The notes under the pieces: generated by a model
The model's input: the letters and a program-made list of their open reading frames with translations, nothing else
What the model was told of the DNA's origin: nothing
Database searches by the model: none
Made by a program: the position numbers and the translations under genes
DNA from: Chloroflexi bacterium HGW-Chloroflexi-9
Lineage (GTDB): Bacteria > Chloroflexota > Dehalococcoidia > UBA2979
Direction of reading: 5' to 3'
DNA: 57,034 nucleotides
NCBI GenBank assembly: GCA_002840675.1
Contig: PHBR01000002.1
Coordinates: 1-57,034 of the forward strand
Part shown: in pieces, positions 36,451 through 46,641 of the stretch
Position numbering within the stretch: the stretch's first letter is position 1
How the letters are laid out: every line of letters starts with the position of its first letter

Positions 36451-38013
36451 TCAACTGGTGGGCGGGATCAGCGCCTGCAGCGCCGCTTCATCGCGGCGTT
36501 CCATCGCCAGTTCGGCCTGCAGCGAACCCACGTCGCGGTAGATCGAGGCGACCGCCAGGGTGCGCCCGCCTGCACGGAAGGCGACCAGGCAGTCGCGGTC
36601 TTCGATGCTGCCGGCGACGTCGATCTGCTCCCACTGCTCGGCATGGCCCACGTAGTTGATGGGCACGTCGTAGTGCTGGGACCAGAAGAACGGGACCGCG
36701 TCAAACGGCTCCCCACGGCCGAGCATGTTTCGCGCCGCCGTCTGTCCCTGGCGTTCTGCCACCACCCAGTGCTCTACGCGGATCGAGGCGCCGCTGTGGG
36801 CGTCCGGCCAACGCGCGATATCGCCGGCCGCCCAGATCCCCGGCGTGCTGGCCTGCAGGTACTGGTCCACGACCACCCCTCGGTCCACGGCGAGCCCGGC
36901 CTCCTGCGCAAGCCCGACCCCCGGCCGCACGCCGACCCCGAAGACAACGAGACCGGCCTCGATGCGAGTGCCATCGTCCAGCGTGACCGACCGCTCGTCG
37001 ATGCGCGCGACCGTGTGGCCCAGGTGAAAGCGGACCCCGTGTTCCTCGTGCAGCGCGCGCACGAACGCGCCGAGCCGGGGCCCCAGGACGCGCTCCATGG
37101 GTATCGCTTCAGGGGCGACGACATGCGTTTCGATGTTGCGAGCGCGCAGCGACGCCGCGACCTCGAGGCCGATGAAGCTCGTGCCCACGACGACCGCCGT
37201 GGTCGCGTCCGCGGTGCCTTCGACGATCGCGCGACTGTCGTCCAGCGTCCGCAGGTAGTGGACGTGTGGGAGGTCGCCGCCGGGCGTGTCCAGCCGGACA
37301 GCATCGGCGCCGGTCGCCAGCAGCAGCGCACCGTAGCGGAGCTCACGCCCGTCCTCGAGGATGACCCGCCGGTCGGCGGCATCGACGCGTGTGACGCGGT
37401 GCCCGAGCAGGAGATCGATCTGCCGGTCCGCGTAGAACTCTGGTGACCGGAGCGGAATCCAGTCCTCGGGGGCAGTACCCGCAAGGTAATCCTTCGACAG
37501 GTTTGGCCGGTCGTACGGGACGCTGGCGTCCGCGCCCACCATCGTGATCGGGCCGGCGTAGCCTTCGCGCCGGAGCGTCTCCGCGGCAGCGTTGCCGGCC
37601 GCCCCCGCGCCCACGATCACCACCGACTCGGGCGGCGCCGCCAGCGGAGCCGCGGCCGGCGGAGCGGCGAGCGGCGTCCCGACGAACAGCCTGCCGTCGT
37701 GCTCCTCCACGGCGTATGCCGTAATCGGGTCCAGCGCCGGGGGACGGGCCGCCGCGCCCGTACGCACGTCAAAGCAGGCGTGGTGCCACGGGCAGCGGAT
37801 GAGGCCGCCATCGAACACCCCCTCGGCCAGAGCGCCGCCGTAGTGGGTGCATGTCGCACCGACGGCGAACACGTCTGACCCTTGCCGCGCGAGGATCACC
37901 GGTTCGCCGTTCGCGTGCCCGAGAAGCATCGCGCCATCGGCGAGGTCGGTGGAGGGGGCGCCGTCCCTCGTGAGATCTGGACCGGTCAACCCGGCCGGTT
38001 GGTCGCTCATCAC
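36451..38013 (-). CDS. Rieske [2Fe-2S] domain fused to FAD/NAD(P)-dependent pyridine nucleotide-disulfide oxidoreductase (ferredoxin-reductase/AIF-like)
   Basis: 520 aa. Rieske motifs CTHYGG and CPWHHACF. VVIVGAGAAGNAAA and VVVGTSFIGLEVA dinucleotide folds. Confidence 0.85.
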   Translation of the reverse strand: MMSDQPAGLTGPDLTRDGAPSTDLADGAMLLGHANGEPVILARQGSDVFAVGATCTHYGGALAEGVFDGGLIRCPWHHACFDVRTGAAARPPALDPITAYAVEEHDGRLFVGTPLAAPPAAAPLAAPPESVVIVGAGAAGNAAAETLRREGYAGPITMVGADASVPYDRPNLSKDYLAGTAPEDWIPLRSPEFYADRQIDLLLGHRVTRVDAADRRVILEDGRELRYGALLLATGADAVRLDTPGGDLPHVHYLRTLDDSRAIVEGTADATTAVVVGTSFIGLEVAASLRARNIETHVVAPEAIPMERVLGPRLGAFVRALHEEHGVRFHLGHTVARIDERSVTLDDGTRIEAGLVVFGVGVRPGVGLAQEAGLAVDRGVVVDQYLQASTPGIWAAGDIARWPDAHSGASIRVEHWVVAERQGQTAARNMLGRGEPFDAVPFFWSQHYDVPINYVGHAEQWEQIDVAGSIEDRDCLVAFRAGGRTLAVASIYRDVGSLQAELAMERRDEAALQALIPPTS

Positions 38014-38124
38014 TTCCCCCTGCTGGTCGCCCTGGCGATCGTCGCTGTCGTGTAAACGTTACACCCTGGTGCGTGCCGCCCCAACGCCGTGGATGGCCGT
38101 GCTCCCTCAGCGGACGCGGGGCAC

Positions 38125-38850
38125 CTATGCGGCCGCGAGTTCTCGCGCACGCGTAAAGATGGCGTCGAACATCGACTCGGTGAGTCGGCCGGTGAAGGTG
38201 TTCCGCTGGCTGGGGTGATAGGAACAGAGCAGCGTCCGGTGGTCTTCCAGCTCCCACTCCGCTCCGTGCGCGAACTTCGGTCGTGGCGAGCCGGCCGCAC
38301 TCGCTGCAAAGCGTGCGGCGGCGAAGGCGCCCAGTGCGACCACCACGCGGATGCGTGGCAGCAGCGCCAGCTCCCGGTCCAGGTACGGCGAACAGTTGTC
38401 TCGTTCAGATGGCGTCGGCTTGTTCGCGGGCGGGGCACAGCGCACGGCGGCGGTCACGTACGCTCCGGACAGGCGCAAGCCGTCTTCACGGTGCTCGCTG
38501 GTCGGCTGGTTTGCGAACCCGGCACGATGCAACGCGCGGTACAGCCAGTCGCCAGAGCGGTCACCGGTGAAGATCCGCCCGGTGCGGTTCCCGCCGTGTG
38601 CCGCCGGGGCCAACCCGACGACCAGCACCCGTGCGTCCGGATCGCCGAAGCCCGGTACCGGCCTGCCCCAGTAGGTCTGGTCGGAGAAGCTCGAGCGCTT
38701 CTCCCGGGCGACCTGCTCACGCCAGGCGACAAGCCTCGGACAGCGGCGGCACGCGATCACCTGGTCGTGCAGGCGCTCAAGCGAATCGGGAGACACGCGT
38801 TTCGTCCATTCATTCCGATCGGTGCTGTATCTCGGTGTCGTTGTTGCCAT
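38125..38850 (-). CDS. Uracil-DNA glycosylase, family 5-like (UdgB type)
   Basis: 241 aa. CRRCPRL Cys motif; VVGLAPAAHGGNRTGRIFTGD (a GLAPA-HG motif rather than the family-4 GEAPG); HPS motif near the C-terminus. Confidence 0.8.
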   Translation of the reverse strand: MATTTPRYSTDRNEWTKRVSPDSLERLHDQVIACRRCPRLVAWREQVAREKRSSFSDQTYWGRPVPGFGDPDARVLVVGLAPAAHGGNRTGRIFTGDRSGDWLYRALHRAGFANQPTSEHREDGLRLSGAYVTAAVRCAPPANKPTPSERDNCSPYLDRELALLPRIRVVVALGAFAAARFAASAAGSPRPKFAHGAEWELEDHRTLLCSYHPSQRNTFTGRLTESMFDAIFTRARELAAA

Positions 38851-39552
38851 CAGGTTCCGTACTTGCGTCCCCCGCTATCACGACGCAACAACGTCCTGGA
38901 GTTGGATCGAAGCGAGAGGCTGTCGCGGCCATGCCGGCACCGGCGAGCAGCCCCCGCAACAGTGCGACGTTCATTCCGCAGGTCAGCTGGCGGTGATGCT
39001 GTGCGAGTTCATGAAATGGGCGGTTGAGGAGATGGATCTCGCCATCATGGCGAAACGGAACGTAGCCTACATCATGCAACACGGACGCGACCGCTACAGG
39101 CAGGTGGTCGGGGCTCGTCTCGCTTCCAGCGCTTCTCCGCGTGTCAAGCCCAAGTTCCCGGCCATAGATCTCGGCAGCGGTGTTCAGCGCCTCTGGACCT
39201 GCGTTGGGGTGGTGAGCGCCTCGGCAAAGAGTTCGGAGGTCACCTCATAGCGCCGCTCAGGCAGGGCTGCACGCACCACCCGCCCCGAGGAGTGATACAG
39301 CATCGACGGCCGTCCGGCGCCTGGCCCCACGCGTCCGCTCAGCCGCCGCTACTCCGCCACCAGCAGGCCTGCCTCCACCAGACGATCGAGGTGGAAGGCC
39401 GCGAGCGCACGGGTCACCCCCGTTGCAGCTGCAGCTGCGTCACGGCTGACAGGTTCCGGCTGTTCGAGGACGTGGATGCTAGTTGCCTGGTGTGCTGTGC
39501 TCCGGGCGGTGCGATGTTCCGTGGTCCTCCGAAGCATCCGCCGACGCACCAC
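38810..39552 (-). pseudogene. HTH transcriptional regulator (ArsR/HTH_20-like), disrupted by an in-frame TAG and at least one frameshift
   Basis: The N-terminal frame reads ...VSRDAAAAATGVTRALAAFHLDRLVEAGLLVAE-TAG(39349-39351)-RRLSGRVGPGAGRPSMLY, where homologues I recall have Tyr/Phe at that position. The C-terminal piece VLHDVGYVPFRHDGEIHLLNRPFHELAQHHRQLTCGMNVALLRGLL is in another frame. Confidence 0.55.
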
Positions 39553-39559
39553 GACTACT

Positions 39560-40846
39560 TCAGGGCTCGGGCGCCAACCTGGGGGGTGGCTCGCGGGAGA
39601 CGAGGACGATCACCGCGACGAGCGCGTACACGATGGTCATCGCTACGAATGCGCCGTTGTATGAACCGGCGACGTCGAACCAGACAGCGACCAGCAGTGG
39701 CCCGGCTGCCGTCGCCCCGACGCTGAACGGAGTGCTGGCGCTGCGAACGGCGCCAAGGTGACGGCGTCCGAAGTAACCCGCCCACATAAACTCACTCAGG
39801 GGGGTCACGCTGCCGAACCCAAAGCCCCACAGCAAGCAGGCAACTAGCGCGACAGGCAGCGACCGATTGGCAGTCGCAACGACCATGAGCAGAGTGCTGG
39901 CTCCGGCGCACAGCGCGGCCAGTGCGGAGAACTGGCGTGCGCCGAAACGGTGCATGCCTTGCAGCGCGGCACCCCAGACGAACTTCGCGACTAACCCGGA
40001 GATCCCTGTCGTCGCAAGCGCGAAGCCAGCCTGTGTCGACGTGAAGCCAGCGCCGGTCATGTACGGGATCGCGTGGAACAGCATCGCGATGTTCGCACCC
40101 ACAAACACACCGAAGGTGAGGGTGAGCATCCAGAACGCCGGCGTGCGCAGCGCGTCGTGGCGCGTATACGACTCGTCGAGATCGCGCCGCACACGCTCCA
40201 CCTGCTGGCGCTCGGCTTCGGTGCGAGCCTCTCCCGGGTGCTGGCCGTCAGGCAGGAGGCCGTAATCCTCGGGTTCGCGTCGCATGATGAGGGCGGCAGG
40301 CAGCATCAGGGCCCAGAAGAACATCGCCAGAATGACGTAGGCACCCCGCCAGCCGAACGCAGTGACGGCAGCGGTGCCCGCCACGGGCATGATCATCGTT
40401 GCGAACGAGAAGCCACTGCTCGAGAGTGAAATCGCCCAGCCCCGGCGGCGGACGAACCACTTCGATACCGAGACGTTGACGACAACGCCGGCGATCAGCG
40501 GGCCGGCGAGCACGCCGGCAACCAGCCGCAGTGCGACAAACTGCCACAGCTCCGTGACAAGCGCGGTGGCCAGCAGCGTCACGCCAAAGACCAGCGAACC
40601 AAACAACATCAGCGGTCGAGCACCGCGACGGTCGACCATGGGCCCGACCACCAGCCCGGAGAAGGCAGCAAGGATGGAGGCAATCGTATTGGCGAACGTG
40701 AACTCCGAGCGCGTCCAACCGAATTCGTCGGTCATCGGCCGGAGCACCACCGACTGGAGCACGCCACCGAAGGCGGAAGAGACGAACGTCGCCACGCCGG
40801 CCGCGAGCACGATCCACCAGCCATAGAAGAAGCGCGGCCGGATCAT
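39560..40846 (-). CDS. MFS transporter
   Basis: Start at MIRPRFFYGWWIV (40846). About 12 TM segments and a GPMVDRRGARP loop motif. Confidence 0.8.
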   Translation of the reverse strand: MIRPRFFYGWWIVLAAGVATFVSSAFGGVLQSVVLRPMTDEFGWTRSEFTFANTIASILAAFSGLVVGPMVDRRGARPLMLFGSLVFGVTLLATALVTELWQFVALRLVAGVLAGPLIAGVVVNVSVSKWFVRRRGWAISLSSSGFSFATMIMPVAGTAAVTAFGWRGAYVILAMFFWALMLPAALIMRREPEDYGLLPDGQHPGEARTEAERQQVERVRRDLDESYTRHDALRTPAFWMLTLTFGVFVGANIAMLFHAIPYMTGAGFTSTQAGFALATTGISGLVAKFVWGAALQGMHRFGARQFSALAALCAGASTLLMVVATANRSLPVALVACLLWGFGFGSVTPLSEFMWAGYFGRRHLGAVRSASTPFSVGATAAGPLLVAVWFDVAGSYNGAFVAMTIVYALVAVIVLVSREPPPRLAPEP

Positions 40847-40994
40847 GCTGAGCACTGGCACGTCGCCGCCTCGGTTTCCAGCAGTACACCCGCACACAAG
40901 GGCTACTAGGACGTAGCCTTGGGCGGTTCCTCGCGCCGCCGCAGGCCCCTACTTGCGGAGTGCGGGGTCGGGTCGTCGCGTCTCGATGGTGTCG

Positions 40995-41858
40995 TTAGTC
41001 GTAGGAACGCCGCAGCTCGTCAAGACTCGTCCAGCTCCCGTGACCGAGCACATCCAGCCGCAACCCCCTGGCTTGCAGTGCCTTGCCCGGCTCCGGCGGC
41101 CTCACCTGCACCGAGGGCGACCGCCTGACCACTATCACATTGCTGTCGCCTACGACCTCGGCGTCGCCACCCGGGTAGACCACGAGCGCGGTGCGCTCGT
41201 CCAGACCGATCCACGTGAGGTCGGGGCGCAATGCCCCCATGAGCAGCAGGTGCCCGTAGCGGTTCCATTCGGCGAGGTGAGCGTCGAGCCCGAAGCCCGG
41301 CATCCAGTTGAAGCCCGGCCAGACCTGGAGAACTGTCTTCTGATCGAGCGGCAGTCCGTCACTCGCGCGTGGAGGACCCTCGTCCAGTCCTCCGCGTAGC
41401 CCCACCGGTCCGTTCGCCGGGGCGATGACGAGCTCCCCTGCGACGCGTGCTCCGGCGCTCGTTCCCGCGAGGACCGCACCGTCGCGGTAGGCCTCTTCGA
41501 TTGCCGTATGGACGGGTGTGTTCGTAATCACCTGCTGTATACGGGTGTCGCTGCCCCAGCCGATGTAGATGAGCCCGGCGTCCCTGAGCAGTCGGGCGTT
41601 CTTCTCGTTGTTGGCGTCCTCCGGTTCGTAGACAGGCGCGACCCGGACGTTGCGCGCTCCGAGCGACTGGTAGTACTCGGTGAATCTCTCGCCCATGCGA
41701 ATAGATGGACGCGCCGTGGGCAGGAAGACGACCGGTGTGTCAGGCCCACCCGCAAGGTCAAGCAGGAACCGATCGACCCGCTCGGACGCCTCGTAGTCCC
41801 CTCCGCCGATCAGCGCCAGCGTTCCTGTTGCATCGTCAGCGGTCACGCGCTCGTGCAC
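40995..41858 (-). CDS. Peptidase S51 family (cyanophycinase/dipeptidase E-like)
   Basis: 287 aa. LALIGGGD at the N-terminus and a GTSAGA nucleophile motif. Confidence 0.65.
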   Translation of the reverse strand: MHERVTADDATGTLALIGGGDYEASERVDRFLLDLAGGPDTPVVFLPTARPSIRMGERFTEYYQSLGARNVRVAPVYEPEDANNEKNARLLRDAGLIYIGWGSDTRIQQVITNTPVHTAIEEAYRDGAVLAGTSAGARVAGELVIAPANGPVGLRGGLDEGPPRASDGLPLDQKTVLQVWPGFNWMPGFGLDAHLAEWNRYGHLLLMGALRPDLTWIGLDERTALVVYPGGDAEVVGDSNVIVVRRSPSVQVRPPEPGKALQARGLRLDVLGHGSWTSLDELRRSYD

Positions 41859-42135
41859 TGAATCGTCCCCTCAGTTCGGCTCACGCCTGCGGCCATCCGA
41901 TGCCGGAACCACGCAAACCCCGGGACACGGTAACCCGCGCGCCGTCCCGCGCTGTCGCAGCATCGGTTTGCTCATCCTCCGGTCGCTGTCGCTGGTTCAC
42001 CCTCCGGGCTCAGAGGAGTGAGAATAGTTCTTGGCCAAAATTGCCGTCACGACAGATCCGGACAAGTTCCGGCACACTCTGCAGGGATGTCCGAAACTGT
42101 CCGATCGCTCGAGCCCTGAGGCGTACATTTGGAAC

Positions 42136-43545
42136 ATGAGCACCCCCACCGACGCCTACTCCGCCGTCGTCACCACTGGGATCTATTGCCGCCCAGGCTG
42201 CACCGCCAGGCCCACCGCCGCGAACGTTCGCCGTTACTGGGTCGCTGCGGCTGCCGAAGCCGCCGGCTTCCGCGCCTGCCTGCGCTGCCGCCCGTACCGG
42301 CGCCGCCAGCTCGTGAGATGGGACGGCCCCGAGCTTATTTGCCGCGCCGTACAACTCATCCTCGAGGGTGCCCTCGAAGGTCAAACCGAGGACGCCCTCG
42401 CGTCGCGACTCAACATGTCTGCCCGCAACCTTCGTCGTCTTTTCAATCAGCACGTCGGCGTCACCCCAGCACAATTGGCTCGCTCCAGCCGTACCCATTT
42501 CGCACGTCGCCTTCTGGATGACACCGACCTCTCCGTCACCGATATCGCCTTCGCTGCCGGGTTCGGAAGCACCCGCCAGTTCAATCGCGCCGTGCGGGAC
42601 ATCTTCCGCGCCACTCCTGGCGAGCTGCGCGCCCGCCGCCGCAAGGCCGACCGCCTCGTCGCCGACGGCGGCCTCCTGCTGCGGCTGCCCTATGACCGCC
42701 CGCTCGACTGGCCCCACACGCTCGCCTATCTCGCGGCCCGCGCCACCCCCGGTGTCGAGTCCGTCGCGAACGGTGTCTACCGCCGCACGGTTGTCATCGA
42801 CGGCGATCCCGGTGTGATCGAGCTCTTCGAGGGTGATCGGGAACGCGGCGTGGCTGCTGGCAGCCACCTGCTCCTCCGCGCTCACCTCCCGCACTGGGGA
42901 GGACTCATCCACTTCGTCGAACGCGTCCGCCGCATCGCCGCGCTGGACTTCCCGATCGCCGAAGCGAATGCAGCCCTCTCGAGTGACCCGCTCATCGGCC
43001 CGATCATCGTCGCCCGCCCTGGTGTCAGCCAGCCTGGCGCCTGGGACCCCTTCGAGGTCGGCGTCCGCACCATCCTCGGCCAACAGGCCTCCGTCGCCAG
43101 CGCCTCCACGACATCTGGCCGCCTTGTTCGGGCCCTCGGGATCCCCGTGCGCGGACTCACTGCATTCGGTCTTACCCACACCTTCCCTACAGCCGAGACT
43201 CTTGCATTTGCCGATCTGTCCGACCTCGGCCTCACCCGTGCTCGGGCCGCCGCCGTGCAGTCCTTCGCGAGCGCTGTCGCCGAGGGGCGGCTACCGCTCG
43301 ACAATAGTCAGCCGCTCGATGATTTCGCTACCGCTGTCATGGCCCTGCCCGGTCTGGGCCCCTGGACTGCCCACGTCCTCGCATTCCGCCTCGGCGAACG
43401 CGACGCCTTCCCTTCCTCCGACCTCGGCCTTCGTCGCGCTTACGAGCGTCTCAAGTCCGGGCCAACCCCTTCCCTTGAGGAGCGATCGGAAGCCTGGCGT
43501 CCGTGGCGCGCGCACGCTGCGGCACACCTCTGGGCTGCAAACTGA
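42136..43545 (+). CDS. Ada-type Zn-binding/AraC HTH regulator fused to DNA-3-methyladenine glycosylase II (AlkA, HhH-GPD)
   Basis: Start at MSTPTD (42136). YCRPGCTARP...CLRCRP (Ada Zn site). AraC HTH (DIAFAAGFGSTRQFNRAVR). HhH-GPD block (LPGLGPWTAHVLAFR...FPSSDLGLRRA). Confidence 0.85.
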   Translation: MSTPTDAYSAVVTTGIYCRPGCTARPTAANVRRYWVAAAAEAAGFRACLRCRPYRRRQLVRWDGPELICRAVQLILEGALEGQTEDALASRLNMSARNLRRLFNQHVGVTPAQLARSSRTHFARRLLDDTDLSVTDIAFAAGFGSTRQFNRAVRDIFRATPGELRARRRKADRLVADGGLLLRLPYDRPLDWPHTLAYLAARATPGVESVANGVYRRTVVIDGDPGVIELFEGDRERGVAAGSHLLLRAHLPHWGGLIHFVERVRRIAALDFPIAEANAALSSDPLIGPIIVARPGVSQPGAWDPFEVGVRTILGQQASVASASTTSGRLVRALGIPVRGLTAFGLTHTFPTAETLAFADLSDLGLTRARAAAVQSFASAVAEGRLPLDNSQPLDDFATAVMALPGLGPWTAHVLAFRLGERDAFPSSDLGLRRAYERLKSGPTPSLEERSEAWRPWRAHAAAHLWAAN

Positions 43546-43711
43546 CAGCCAGGCTCACGACACCACCGATGAGCAGACTGGGCAGGCAGAGCGGCCCGGC
43601 GTGCCTTCCCCAGCGCTTGGGGCTGTGCTCGTGCTGGCGAGGAAGCGACGGCGCATGAGGTTTCGGGAAAGGAAAGGACGAGGCGGCGTGGTAATCGACG
43701 TTCGTCGCGGG

Positions 43712-44785
43712 ATCAGCCTCGAGTGAGGCCGCAATGTGCGGGACGCCCTCATCGATGCGCGAACGGCAGGCTGAGCACGCTGTTGAACGAGAAGGCCGCG
43801 TCCGCCTGGTCGCCGAGCAGGAAGTGCCGGCCCTCCTGTGCGACGGGCAGTGTCGAGTAGCTTGGGTGCTGAAGGATGGCGCCTGCGCCGCCCGCGTAGA
43901 GCACCTGCATCCACGCGACCACGTCGCCCGAGTCCAGCAGGTCGATCTGTTCGGCGCTGATGTTCGCGCAGGAGGAATCACCGAAGAGGCCGGCAAGTTC
44001 GTCAGGCAACTCGAAGCTGAGTTTCGTGAAGAAGCACACGCGCCCGTCCTGCTCCGCGAAGAGGCCAACCTGCCCATCCGCGCGCAGCGCGGCAAGGATC
44101 AACGCCTTGCCGGCGAACTCGGGATACGCTGCCGCCGCCTCCTCGAACTTCTCCTCCACGCGAGCAATGATCTCCTCCATCGCATCGACCTCGCCGAACG
44201 CCTGCGCCCCCGGGGCATACCGTAGTCGATGTTAGTCCGGGGACTGGGCTACGACCGGCGCGATCACAGAGAGCAAGGCGTACTCGTTCCTCAGCCGTGA
44301 TGCCGGAGTAGATGCCGACGATGAGGTCGGGCTGCAGAGCGGTGATCTTCTCGAAGTCAAGTTCGCCGGGGGCCGTTCCAGGACCTCGGGGGCTCGCCCG
44401 CGAGGTTGTCGCTCGTCCACGCCCCCGGCTTCTCACCGAACCAGTACCGCGTAGTGATGGGGGTTACGCCCAGCACCAGGATGGCGTTCTGGTCGTTGGA
44501 GGCCAGCGAAAGCACGCGCTCCGGCTTCGAGGCGATATCGGTGGCGCCGTACTTGTGCTCGATGGTGACCGGGAAGGCCGCCGTAGATGCCGGCGTGCTC
44601 CCACCAGTAGCCGTGCCAGTGGACGTTACCGTGCCGGTCGCGGCGGTCGCCGTCGCCGGATCCTCGCTGCCGTCGCCGCAGGCGGGGAGGAACACGCCAG
44701 TAAAGGCGGCTGATCCGAGACCTCCCAGGAAGGGGCGGCGACTGACCTGGCTGACCGCAAATATAACGTGGTGTGGTTCATTCAT
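43712..44785 (-). pseudogene. Iron-siderophore-type ABC substrate-binding lipoprotein, at least 3 frameshifts
   Basis: Consecutive pieces in different frames: Tat/lipobox N-terminus (SRRPFLGGLGSAAFTGVFLPAC...FPVTIEHKYGAT), then GELDFEKITALQPDLIVGIYSGIT, then EYALLSVIAPVVAQ, then MEEIIARVEE...ISAEQIDLLDSGDVVAW...LPVAQEGRHFLL...SVLSLPFA, then IDEGVPHIAASLEAD. No permease or ATPase genes nearby. Confidence 0.65.
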
Positions 44786-45070
44786 GCGTGTTCCCCATCG
44801 GTACGACATCACCCGGTGGCCCAATGCTGATGTCGACCCGGTCCCGTGCGCAATTTTGGCCGAGGAGCACTGGCAGGCCAAGGGCAGCCCGAACGTCGAC
44901 GTTCACGCGATGTTCACGCAGGCGGACGTCAATGGCCGCCGCCGGTCACTATGATCAGGTCGTACGTAATACCCCTCCTGACGGGCTTGCCCCGCACCAC
45001 GTCACAGCCAACGCACCTCTGCCCTGACGGGGCAAACCGATCCGTGCGTTCCCTTGAAAGGGGGACGGTT

Positions 45071-45547
45071 ATGTCTTCGCAGCCTCGTGAAGCCGCCCGC
45101 CAGGACGTCACTACCCCACCCCGCCCCGTGCCCATGCAGGCGCAGGTGTACGTGCGCCTGCGCCACCGCCTCCGCGAGATCGAGGCGATCCTGAGTAAGT
45201 TGCGCGCTGACAGCCTGGATGAGGACGGCGAGCCGAGGCACGTTGCGGAGCATGCCGTGCTGAAAGCCCAGGCGGCGAGCCTCCGGGCGATCATCGATGT
45301 GGCCGAGGTCGTCCCGATCGGCTCGCGCGTCATCGTCGGCAGCACGGTGCACGTACGCACGGAGGATCAGTCGATCGAGTGCTACGAGATCGTGATCCCC
45401 ACCGAGGCCGATCCCGCCGCCGGTAAGGTGTCGTTCGACTCACCCATCGGGGCAGCGCTGCTGGGCGACGAGGTGGGCGACGTCGCCGTTGTCGCGACGC
45501 CTCGTGGGGATCGCCGGCTACGCGTTATGGTGGTTCGACACGGCTGA
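45071..45547 (+). CDS. GreA/GreB-family (Rnk-like) transcription factor
   Basis: Start at MSSQPRE (45071) with AAGGGGGA RBS. The C-terminal block VGSTVHV...YEIV...EADPAAGKVSFDSPIGAALLGDEVGDV is the GreA C-terminal domain. The N-terminal coiled coil is short. Confidence 0.7.
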   Translation: MSSQPREAARQDVTTPPRPVPMQAQVYVRLRHRLREIEAILSKLRADSLDEDGEPRHVAEHAVLKAQAASLRAIIDVAEVVPIGSRVIVGSTVHVRTEDQSIECYEIVIPTEADPAAGKVSFDSPIGAALLGDEVGDVAVVATPRGDRRLRVMVVRHG

Positions 45548-45588
45548 TCACCTGCACACTGCAGGGTCAGGGCGGAGGCCGCCGCACT

Positions 45589-46641
45589 ATGACAACGAAA
45601 TCGACTACACCGGGTGCCGGTACGGGGGCCGGCACTGCCACCGGTGCTGACACCGGATCGAGCGCTAACCGGGATCTGCAGCAAGTGCTCGCATTATGGC
45701 TCGTGGAGGGACACTCCTCCGCCACGGATCTCGTCGGGCGCCTCCGAAGTGTGGCCGACTCTTTCGACCACGATGCTGCCGAGGGCGCCCTGCGGGATCT
45801 CGCGGACGCCGGGTTGGTGCGCGCCACGTCTCGCAGTGGAGGTGAACTGGACTACGTGCGGACCTCGCTTGGGCACGAATACGTCGCGCACGAGTTTGCC
45901 TCGGACTCCCCGGTTGCCGCGCGGCTCGCGGAATTGGAGCGTCTGCGTACGGACTTCGTGGCCACGATCGCGCATGAACTTAAGACCCCACTGACCGCTA
46001 TCCGTACCTGCGTGGGCCTCCTCGTCGACTCGGAAGCCCATGCGGACGCGGAGGTGCGTCAGCGGCTGCTCACCCGCGTGGCAAGCAGTACGGACACGAT
46101 GCAGCACCTGATCGCCAATCTGTTGGATCTGGCGCGCTATCGGTCGGGAACGGTGCAACTAGAACTTCGATGGGTGGACGCGGCGCAACTCGCTCGCGAG
46201 GCCGCCCAGCAACTGGCCCCCCTCGCCGAGCAGCGCCAGCAAGAGGTCCGCTTCGCTGAGCCGGCCGAACCCCTGCTGGCCTACGTCGACCGACGGCGGC
46301 TTGAGCACGCGCTTAGCAACGTACTGTCGAACGCCCTCAAGTTCTCGCCCAGCGGCGCCGTGGTAGCGGTGACGGTCAGGCGGGACGGTGACCACGCCGC
46401 CTGGGATATCCGGGACGAGGGTAAAGGGATCGGCGAGTCTGATCAGCGACACCTATTCGAGCGGTTCTTCCGCGGCCGTGGCGACCAGGAGGGCGGTACG
46501 GGCCTGGGGCTCCCCATCGCGCTCGCGGCCGTGCAGGCACACGGCGGGTCCATCGCCGTCCAGAGCGAACCCGGGCGTGGAAGCACCTTCACCGTGCTCG
46601 TGCCCCTCTCCGGCCCAGACGAGCCGCAGGACCAGGCGTGA
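45589..46641 (+). CDS. Soluble sensor histidine kinase (no TM segments)
   Basis: H-box FVATIAHELKTPLTAI; N-box LSNALKFSP; G1 DEGKGI; G2 GGTGLGLPIA. The N-terminal ~110 aa look like a winged-helix-type domain. Confidence 0.85.
   Translation: MTTKSTTPGAGTGAGTATGADTGSSANRDLQQVLALWLVEGHSSATDLVGRLRSVADSFDHDAAEGALRDLADAGLVRATSRSGGELDYVRTSLGHEYVAHEFASDSPVAARLAELERLRTDFVATIAHELKTPLTAIRTCVGLLVDSEAHADAEVRQRLLTRVASSTDTMQHLIANLLDLARYRSGTVQLELRWVDAAQLAREAAQQLAPLAEQRQQEVRFAEPAEPLLAYVDRRRLEHALSNVLSNALKFSPSGAVVAVTVRRDGDHAAWDIRDEGKGIGESDQRHLFERFFRGRGDQEGGTGLGLPIALAAVQAHGGSIAVQSEPGRGSTFTVLVPLSGPDEPQDQA

Noticed and set aside
42010-43179. 389-aa minus-strand ORF opposite the Ada-AlkA gene
   Set aside because: It is a shadow frame. 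The plus-strand product has Ada Zn-site, AraC HTH and HhH-GPD motifs.
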